Assembly (NCBI GenBank): GCA_964035545.1
Contig: OZ037772.1
Span: forward strand, 4,468,233-4,532,232
Length of the DNA: 64,000 nt
Reading direction: 5' to 3'
From: Bugula neritina
Taxonomy: Eukaryota; Animalia; Bryozoa
How positions within the stretch are numbered: position 1 is the first letter of the stretch; every line of letters begins with the position of its first letter. The position numbers and the translations under genes are program-made. Shown here piece after piece: positions 47,667 through 59,356 of this stretch. Under the pieces are notes generated by a model. That model worked only from the letters and a program-made list of their open reading frames with translations. It was not told where the DNA came from and ran no database searches.

Positions 47667-47989
47667 GTGCAACGTAGAACCATATTTTATCATTCAAATG
47701 TCTACTCTGTGAATCATTTACAATTTACTTTTTAAAGTAGATAAAATAAATGACATGAACTGTAAACTAATCTTTTCTCTCACAAACTGTTATTGGTTCA
47801 TCAGATGACAAGTTTTAATGGAGCCCACAACTCCACAGAGCATTTGACTTTACTACGCTTTATGAATGATAAACACACTTGTTTTGTTGTGACCAGAGTA
47901 GATTATATTTAAATTTATTAATGAGTAAAAAATTATATAATATAACACATTGAAAGGGCATTAAAATGATCATTAATATTTGGTGGCTA

Positions 47990-48328
47990 ACTGAGTAGAG
48001 TACACAGTATAACTATAGAGTATACAGTATAACTGTAGAGTATACAGTATAACTGTAGAGTATACGGTATAACTGTAGAGTATACGGTATAACTGTAAAA
48101 TATACGGTATAACTGTAGAGTATACAATATAACTGTAGAGTATACGGTATAATTGTAGAGCATACGGTATAACTCTAGAGTATACGGTATAACTGTAGAG
48201 TACACAGTATAACAATAGAATATACGGTATAACTGTAGAGTATATGGTAAAACTGTAGAATATACGGTGTAACTGTAGAGTATACGGTAAAACTGTAGAG
48301 TATACCGTATAACTGTATACACTGTAAC
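47990..48328. repeat. 20-bp minisatellite in the DDX10 3' region
   Basis: Unit GTAGAGTATACGGTATAACT, beginning about 15 nt after the DDX10 stop codon. Confidence 0.93.
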
Positions 48329-48343
48329 CATTGAATATCGCTA

Positions 48344-49522
48344 CTACGAAGTAGAGGATGTGAGAAGACGCAGAGCAAATGCCTCGTCATCTTGGAGGTC
48401 ATGTGACGCGCATTTAGAGTCAGACTCATCCTCAGAATCTCTAGAATGTTCCGAATCATCAGCCTCGCTTCCGTCTGATTGGCTGCCTTCATTTTCACTT
48501 GACTCTGATTGGCTGTGTTGCTGATTCTCGGCCTCTGATTGGGTAGAGTCGTTGTCGTCTGAATTCGGACCGAGTACCACTTCAACTTCATCCTGTAAGA
48601 CAAGATTGTATAGAACTCAGACTAGAAAGCTAGCTAAACTGAGGCTATGCCACTAGCACACACATTCTTGCTTAGAGCACAGCTAGGTGAATACTAATCA
48701 GGAAATTTAGAGCCAGTAAAGAAATGGGTGATGTAAACTTCCTTTTGGAAGAGTTGAAAATATCTGAAATTAAAAAGGTTGAAACAAAACGGCACTATCG
48801 AAACTATATGCTGAATAATGATTTGCGTTTCGCTGTAAAAATTTAAATCTTGTTGAATACTTATTTAGACACTAATTTTTAAAAATTGTATCAAATTAAA
48901 ACAAAGAAAATCTTTGAATTGTCTTTCAGGAAAACTGATGAAGTGAGTCAGCATAGTAACTATGGAAACCAAATAAACAAATGGCTACCTCATCAGTTTT
49001 GACTCTTTTAGCTGCTCGTCTTTCTTCATTGGCCTTCCATCTTCTCTCCTGGTGTTTCCTTTTCACTCTGGCTCTGTCGGCCTGCATTAATTATTATATA
49101 TTATAGATAAGAGTAACTATTACTATATATATACTAGAGTAGCTATTACTATATATATACTAGAGTAGCTATTACTATATATATACTAGAGTAACTATTA
49201 CTATATATATACTAGAGTAACTATTACTATATATATATACTAGAGTAGCTATTACTATATATATACTAGAGTAACTATTATTGTATATATACTAGAGTAA
49301 CTATTACTATATATATACTAGAGTAACTATTACTATATACAGACTAGAGTAACTATTACTATATATACAGACTAGAGTAACTATTACTATATATATACTA
49401 GAGTAGCTATTACTATATATATACTAGAGTAGCTATTACTATATATATATACTAGAGTAACTATTACTATATATATATACTAGAGTAACTATTACTATAT
49501 ATATATATACTAGAGTTACTAT

Positions 49523-49578
<56 letters not shown>

Positions 49579-52500
49579 GTAACTATTGCTATATATATAC
49601 TAGAGTAACTATATATATATATACTAGGGTTAATGCTATCACATATACAATAAGAGACGAGAGATATTACCTCCTTATCCAAAGCATCCTGCTGCTGGAG
49701 GCGGAGACGTGCTGCCTGTAAATCTAGAATATTCTCTTCTTCCTCGTCAAAACTTTCTTCTGCAGACGACTGGAAATACACACGAGATTAGCATTGTGTC
49801 ACATTGTAATTACTTGACTACTTTTCATTACATTACGGTACACATCTTACACACACCGTATACACCTTACATTATATTATATGGCATTACCACACATTAC
49901 TCCATCACACATTACATCACACTATATTGCATTAGAATAAATCACAGGAAATGACATCACACAGGATATTTGCTCTCTAAACTAAACACAAGGGAGTTGA
50001 AGTAAGGACTAGGCTGACTGGAGAACTATTGAGCTGATAGACTGCAGCTCCAACAAAACCTGCACTGATGACATAGCTAGCCTGAGGTGATATTGTCAGC
50101 TCTACCTCATTCTCATTAAACTTTGTGTGCTTAGCCTTGATTCCTTTCTTCTTCATGGCCACAGCCAAGTCTCTCTTAGATATAGCCCGACTTTTCAACT
50201 TTGACTTCAGTTCCAGCTCTTGCTGAAGCTGAAACAGACAACAATAAGCCTCTTTATTGTACCGGCAGGCATTCATTACGTTTGCATTGTCGCAGAGTGT
50301 TTTTTGCATTAGGCTAATGGAAATAGTTACATCTATTAAACCACAGTTATAAGTTACTGCAAACCACAATTAATATGTATAGGCAGTCATAGCAATGCAG
50401 TCATTGAGATATTAATATTCCAGCCTGGTTTCCCAACAGTAGAGCAGACAACTCCGAACATAACAAACTCTAAACTGAAACGTACCGTTAGTTCGTCTGG
50501 TTTGGGTTGCTCCGTGGTAACAGCTTTCACTGTGAGTAAACCTCCGACAGCGTCAGTCTCCTCATCTGATTCGCTGGCTGAATTAAAGTGAACTTTTGAT
50601 TGGACGGGTTTACCAGACACCTTTTTTGATTGGCTCTCTCCCTCTGAGCTGTCACCTGATTGGCTAGCTTCAGAATCTGACTCATCACTACTTCCAGCGT
50701 CCTCCTTGTTCTGAGACTTCAACTTGGCAGCAGCTAAAAAGAAAGTTGTGATCTCATTATTACATTAGATTCCTTGTTATTACATAATACCAGCTGTTAT
50801 AGCATGATGTTTCCTCTTATAACATAATATTGATTATAATTGCATAACATGTGCAGTGAATTCAACAGTAACAAGGGGGAAAAGCAACCCATCTCAAAGC
50901 TACCTCCTACTGGACCACAGTACACAGTATCACAGTACATAGTATCACAGTACACAGTATCACAGTACATAGTATCACAGTACATAGTACCACAGTACAT
51001 AGTATCACAGTACATAGTACCACAGTACATAGTATCACAGTACATAGTACCACAGTACACAGTACCACAGGCTGGCTATACAAACCTCGCTGCTGCTTCA
51101 TCTCTCTCTCCTTCTGTAATTTCTCTTGTCTCTGAAGGAAGCGAATGCGGGGCGCCAGAACGAGGCCCAGAGACTGAGCGTACAACTCCAAGTTCAACTT
51201 CTTGAGGTCAAACAGAGCCTTGTTGCTCATGAGAAAGTAACCCTTGACGTAGGCTATGAAACACTGCAAGGGAGACAACACACAAGTCATGGTTAGTTAC
51301 TCAACTATATTATATATAAAACATTGCAGCTCATTGAATGTAGACTACTGTGTATAATATCGAGTAGCCAGGGTTCATTACATGTCTTTAGAAGTGCAGT
51401 TAGGGTCACAGATTGATGATACCACAAAGCACATTCTAATACTTCATATCACGTGCTACATTGTAAGACACACACTGTGTGATACAGGCATGTTCAACAG
51501 GCTTTAGTGTGCGATGCTGTGAAGAGATTAGTTCCTCTGTGCTATTATTGGTTTCCTGAGATGTTATTAGATTGAGCAGGTAAGTGTGAGGTATTATTAG
51601 ATTGAACAGGTAAGTGTGAGGTATTATTAGATTGAGCAGGTAAGTGTGAGGTATTATTAGATTGAGCAGGTAAGTGTGAGGTATTATTAGATTGAGCAGG
51701 TAAGTGTGAGGTATAATTAGATTGAACAGGTAAGTGTGAGGTATTATTAGATTGAACGGGTAAGTGTGAGGTATTATTAGATTGAACAGGTAAGTGTGAG
51801 GTATTATTAGATTGAACAGGTAAGTGTGAGGTATTATTATATTGAACAGGTATGTGTGAGGTATTATTATATTGAACAGGTATGTGTGAGGTATTATTAG
51901 ATTGAACAGGTAAGTGCGAGAAGATAAACCCGACATAGCATCTGATACAGAAGAGAAGGTATGCTGTATGCAGGAGGTGGTATGTGGCACTCTCAGTAGT
52001 CAGTACTGTTGATTGGTGAATAGTATACAGAGGTCAAGGTTAACATGATAGAAGGTCAAGGTTAACATGATAGAAGGATGAGGTTAACGGGGTTGACAGA
52101 CTACAGTCAAAACTCGACTGTGAACGCTGAGCGTTGAACTCTGTGACGTCACAACTGTCTGATTTCTGAACGCAACTGTCAGTTGCTCGGATGCTTCATA
52201 GTTCGACATGTCCAACGCTCAACTTCGGCGTTCAGCGATCAGCCAATCACCGACTGGACAGGCAAGCCCTGATTGGTTAAGTGATTTTACTTATTCCACG
52301 TGCTACTAGCAAGCATTATTATTTGATTTGGTTCTATATTATTTTACTTAATAAGAATATGATAAAGTTATGTATGCAAATATGATAAAGTTATGTATGC
52401 AAATCTTAATAAAAATTAATTATGAAAATCAAAATTTAGTAGATAAGTTTGGCTGAATTTTATCAGCATATTTAGTTCTTTATGCTAGTGATTGCGATTG

Positions 52501-55500
52501 AATAAAGCTAGCAAATCTCATTAAATGAAAATAGTAATTTTGAATAAGTGAAACTAGTAAAATAGGATAAAAATAAAAAGCAAATGCTATTGAATTATGC
52601 TGGTAAATCTCAATAAATTTGATTTTTGGTTGCTGTGGATACTGCAGAAACTAAGCTATAAGATTCCTATTGGTTAAAGTTTACTGCGGGACTAGAGACA
52701 GTTAGCTTTCAGCGTTTGTAGTGAACTGTAGTGTGACCAGCAAAAAGTTAGAAGTGACGTTGAAGGTATGCGCGAGCAGCTTCAAAAACGGTTCACAGTC
52801 GAGTTTCGATTGTAGTCTGTCAGCCCCATAACATGATAAAAGGTCAAGGTTAACATGATAGAAGGTCAAGGTTAACATGATAGAAGTGGACTCACTGCTT
52901 TAGCAAACTCCTTCAGACTGGGGTCAGCCACCAGTTGGTACTCGAGCTTTTTCTGGATAGTTCCTAATTTCTGTGGATTCACTCTAAACAGGAAATGAGT
53001 CAGTTTACTAATTTAGCAGACACTGTATATCGCTAGTGTTCAACTATGTTTCAGAGTTTAGCAGCTAATGCACAGTACTTAGTTTCTTGCATTAATTTGA
53101 TAAAATATTAACAATGAATGAGCGAGTGTTTTTCTACTGTTACTTACTTTATCTTTTGCGTTTTCTATCTTAAGTTTTATTAGTAAATCTGGTTGCGTGG
53201 GCGTGATGCTTTTTCATCACACCCACGCACTCAAGTTTACTGACAAACAGCATAAAGTATCACCACCTTATCTCTTCTATGGGAATTTTCCTCTCGGCCA
53301 GGAGTCTCAGCATTTCCTGTCTCTCGGAAGGAAGGAGGAAGATTAGACTCTCTCCCTCTGAGTCGTACCTGGCGGTTCTACCAACTCGGTGGATGTAAGT
53401 GTCTGCATCCTCCGGGGCATCATACTGCACCACCCAGTCCACTCCTGGAAAGTCTGGGAGGAGAGAGAGAAATATCTGGTGAACTAAGTAGAGTCAGTTA
53501 GCTTTACACATACTCCCAAGGCTGCCTCAAACACCACTTTACAGGGTTGTGAAAATATAATTCTTGATCGTAACAGAAAACAATACCTAAATTAAATTTT
53601 TAGCCTACACTACGGAAACTACAGTATGTACAGCGCAAGGAAAAAGTAAGTATATAGTAAGTAAGTATACAGTAAGTATACAGTGTAGGTATATAGAGTA
53701 ATTAGATATATAGTAAGTATATAGCCTGTTTATAGTGAGTGCAGAATAAGAACATACTACAGAGTAGATTCAGAGTAAGTACACTAAGTACAGAGTAAGT
53801 ATAAAGCAAGTATAGAGTGAGTATATAGAGTAGGTATAGACTAAGTATATATTAGGCATGTAATAAGTACACAGTAAGTACAGAGAGAGTCTAAAGTAAG
53901 TATAAAGTAAGTACAAAGTAAGTATATAACAAGTATACAGTAAGTACAGAGTAAGTATATAACAAGTATACAGTAAGTACAGAGAGAGTAAACAGCAAGT
54001 ATAAAGTATCTATAGACTAAGTACATAATAAGTATATAGTAAGTATACAGAGTAAGTACAGAGTAAGCACAGAGTAAGCACAGAGTAAGCACAAAGAAAG
54101 TACACGCTGACTCACCGAGCCCCCGAGCAGCCACATCTGTAGCGAACAACACGACGTTCTGTTTCCTGCAGAACTCCTCGTACGTCTTCACTCTCTTGAT
54201 CTGTTTCATGGTGCCGTAGAGGGAGAGCAGAGTGCTGCCGGGCCTCAGTCTTTGGAATGACTCGTAGATATATCTCACCTACATGGGCAGATAACTCTAA
54301 TATGCTACTTCACCTGCATGGGCAGATAACTCTAATATACTACTCACCTGCATGGGCAGATAACTCTATTATACTACTCACCTGCATGGGCAGATAACTC
54401 TAATATACTACTCACCTGCATGGGCAGACAACTCTAATATAATACCTCACGTACATGGGCAGACAACTTTAATACAATGCTTTACCAGTGTGGGCAGACA
54501 ACTCTAATGTAAAACTTTACGAGTGTGGGCAGACAACTTTCAATATATCACATATAACGATAGACTAGGGTTCATATGGATAGACTGAGAGCATATATCC
54601 ACCCACCTGTTTGGCCGTCTGAACAAAGACTAAGATCTTAGACTTAAGGTGATTCTTGATGAAGAACCAGAGAGTATTGATCTTGTCCTCGAGCTTACAC
54701 ACCATGTATGACTGCTCCAGTGTGGCCGGTGTGCTGTGCTCAGCTCGCTCGTGTACGGACACGTAGTGGGGCGACTTGAGACCCACCCTTGCAAGGTCCT
54801 TCACTGACCTTCAATACAGAACAAAAACTAGACAGGAGTTGGACACTTGCCAAAATAATAAATTTAAATTAAACAGTAAAAAGTGACAATTCATGAAATG
54901 AAAGATGGTTTGATTTTCAAATGAGATAGAACTGGCATGATCTGGAAACTACTTATTTCAATAGCTGACAACAAGTCACAGTAACCCAAACTGAGTCACA
55001 GTAACCCAAACTGAGTCACAGTAACCCAAACTGAGTCACAGTAACCCAAACTGGGTCACAGTAACCCAAACTGAGTCACAGTAACCCACACTGAGTCACA
55101 GTAACTCACACTGAGTCACAGTAACTCACACTGAGTCACAGTAACTCACACTGAGTCACAGTAACCCACACTGAGTCACAGTAACCAACACTGAGTCACA
55201 GTAACCCACTCTAAGTCACAGTAACCCACTCTGAGTCACAGTAACTCGCACTGAGTCACAGTAAACAAAGCTGTGGAAAGTGACACAAATATTTATGAAA
55301 TGAAACACATTTTAATTTTTCAACAACATGGACATGAAAGGATGTTGAAGATTACTTATTTCAATAGCTGACAATAGGTCACAGTAAGTCACAGCGCAAC
55401 TTATAAACTAAAAGTTTCAGTGTTACGAGTAACTACGATGTAAGTCAATGCATTGCAGAATAATTTTGTTTCAGGATATATGAATAATTATGGGAGTAGA

Positions 55501-58500
55501 GAAAAAGCCAACAGGTGAAATATAGAGAAATAAACAAAATATACAGGATGAAAAGAAAATGATTAAATAGAGAAGGGGAGATAATGACTTAGTCTGAGTG
55601 GCAGAAAACATCAGCGTCTGTCTTTCCGCAGGTAAATATTCCAGTATAGCATTCATAGTGTCGGCAAACCCCATGTCTAGGATTCTGTCACATTCGTCTA
55701 GAACTGTAACACGCAATATACTATATAGAGTAAATACTACATAACAATATACTATATAGAGTAAATACTGCATAACAATATACTATATAGAGTAAATACT
55801 ACATAACAATGTACTATATAGAGTAAATACTATATAACAATATACCATATAGAGTAAATACTATATAACAATATACTATATAGAGTGAATACTACATAAC
55901 AATATACTATATAGAGTAAATACTACATAACAATATACTATATAGAGTAAATACTACATAATATACTATATAGAGTAAATACTACATAACAATATACTAT
56001 ATAGAGTAAATACTACATAACAATATACTATATAGAGTAAATACCACATAACAATATACTATATAGAGTAAATACTACATAACAATATACTATATAGAGT
56101 AAATACTACATAACAATATACTATATAGAGTAAATACTACATAACAATATACTATATAGAGTAAATACTACATAATATACTATATAGAGTAAATACTACA
56201 TAACAATATACTATATAGAGTAAATACTACATAACAATATACTATATAGAGTAAATACTACATAACAATATACTATATAGAGTAAATACTACATAACAAT
56301 ATACTATATAGAGTAAATACCACATAACAATATACTATATAGAGTAAATACTACATAACAATATACTATATAGAGTAAATACTACATAACAATATACTAT
56401 ATAGAGTAAATACTACATAACAATATACTATATAGAGTAAATACTACATAACAATATACTATATAGAGTAAGTACTACATAACAATATACTATATAGAGT
56501 AAATACTACATAACAATATACTATATAGAGTAATACTACATAACAATATACTATATAGAGTAAATACTACATAACAATATACTATATAGAGTAAGTACTA
56601 CATAACAATATACTATATAGAGTAAATACTACATAACAATATACTATATAGAGTAAATACTACATAACAATATACTATATAGAGTAAATACTACATAACA
56701 ATATACTATATCGAGTAAATACTACATAACAATATACTATATAGAGTAAGTACTACATAACAATATACTATATAGAGTAAATACTACATAACAATATACT
56801 ATATAGAGTAAATACTACATAACAATATACTATATAGAGTAAATACTACATAACAATATACTATATAGAGTAAATACTACATAACAATATACTATATAGA
56901 GTAAATACTACATAACAATATACTATATAGAGTAAATACTACATAACAATATACTATATAGAGTAAATACTACATAACAATATACTATATAGAGTAAATA
57001 CTACATAACAATATACTATATAGAGTAAATACTACATAACAATATACTATATAGAGTAAATACTACATAACAATATACTATATAGAGTAAATACTACACA
57101 ACAATATACTATATAGAGTAAATACTACATAACAATATACTATATAGAGTAAATACTACATAACAATATACTATATAGAGTAAATACTACATAACAATAT
57201 ACTATATAGAGTAAATACTACATAACAATATACTATATAGAGTAAATACTACACAACAATATACTATATAGAGTAAATACTACATAACAATATACTATAT
57301 AGAGTAAATACTGCATAACAATATACTATATAGAGTAATACTATACCACACTATATAACATAGTACCGAGGACTTGAAGATTGTCAGCATCGAACCCCCA
57401 CGTCTGCTCCATGTGCTGCTGGAGTCGTCCCGGTGTGCAGATGACGACATGAGTTCTGCTGATCCTGTCTTTCTCTTCTTTCAGGTCCTGATATACGGTA
57501 TGATATATGATAATACAGTGTATAGTAATACGGTATATAGTAATACAGTATATAGTAATACAGTATATAGTAATACAGTATATAGTAATACAGTGTATAG
57601 TAATACAGTATATAGTAATACAGTATATAGTAATACAGTATATAGTAATACGGTATATGGTAATACAGTATATAGTAATACAGTATATAGTAATACAGTA
57701 TATAGTAATACAGTATATGGTAATACAGTATATAGTAATACAGTATATAGTAATACAGTATATAGTAATACAGTATATAGTAATACAGTATATAGTAATA
57801 CAGTATATAGTAATGCAGTATATGGTAATACAGTATATAGTAATACAGTATATAGTAACACAGTATATAGTAATACGGTATATAGTAATACGGTATATAG
57901 TAATACGGTATATAGTAATACAGTATATATAGTAATACAGTATATAGTAATACAGTATATAGTAATACAGTATATAGTAATACAGTAGATAGTAATACAG
58001 TATATAGTAATACAGTATATAGTAATACAGTAGATAGTAATACAGTATATAGTAATACAGTATATAGTAATACAGTATATAGTAATACAGTATATAGTAA
58101 TACAGTATATAGTAATACAGTATATGATATGTGGGATGACTTCAACCAATCAGGTTACCTTTCCTCCAATGATTAGTCCCGCAGAGAAGTCATGGAACTG
58201 ACCAACCTTCTTCAGCACACTGTACGTCTGGTACGCGAGCTCTCTTGTGGGGGAGACAATAAGAGCAGACATGCCGTCCAGGAAACCAACTTTATTCCGA
58301 TAAAGCAACTCCAAAACCTAGAAGAGATGAGACATGTAACTGCGCAAACTACAACACAGCTGCGGCTGACAGGGCACTGGCTAACATATGTTATCATTAG
58401 GGAAATGAAACCAATAATATCGTATATAAGATAAAAAATTAGTTCTTAAAGGATTGCTCTATCTTGTCTAATAAATGGCCATTTAGGTCAAACACGCATA

Positions 58501-59318
58501 ATATTGTGTTTTTCTAAGCATGCATTGACAAAAAGCATTTGACCAAAGGTAGAAAAAGTTAGTTGAAGTTGAGGGTGTAGATTGGTAACAGCCAAAACGC
58601 TGATTTTGAAATGAGCTGGGAAATGTGACGTAACAGCGCCAGCATTCCTGCTGGTCACGTGACTATACAAATGAATAACTATAGAAATATGACTGTGAGA
58701 TGTGATCTTTCAGCTCGTAATTTGTATATTTATTGAAGTGCAAATGTGAATTATCTCAATCTATAGTTTTTTGACATGTTAAATAACATGTATGTGATAA
58801 CATTAGGCCATATTTTGCTTGTAAACATAGAAAAAAGCATTGCAAAAACATGCATTCTTTAGGATGAATGCCTGCGATCGATCTAAACTAGGTCAGATTG
58901 TGCAATATTACGGGCGCACCAAAGCTGACCTATATAGCGCACTGTAACTGCTTGAGCGTTATTGGTTGATATTGCGCTCAGCAACCTTGAATACTAGCGT
59001 TATAGTTAGCACGTGCAGCAAAGTTACTGGCGTTCACACGTCAATTATTAGGCTATTCTTTTTCATGGCTGAAAATTTTACCTCCCTCAAAATTGGAATT
59101 TTGAAAAGCTGTTTTCTAGGCATATATCCCTTTGCAAAGTCAAAATTGTTTGCATACACATTAGATTATAGTTCATAATTATAATGTGATTGTAATAAAC
59201 TAAGATAGAGCAATCCTTTAACTGAATATCACGCTCGGAGTTGGAGTTGCAAGCCCTCATCACTTTGATATAGATTCTATTCAACATGAGTTTATACAGA
59301 GTAAGGAAACCAACATTT

Positions 59319-59356
<38 letters not shown>

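Noticed and set aside
57374-58149. Several 140-250-aa repetitive ORFs
   Set aside because: A 15-bp minisatellite filling DDX10 intron 4.
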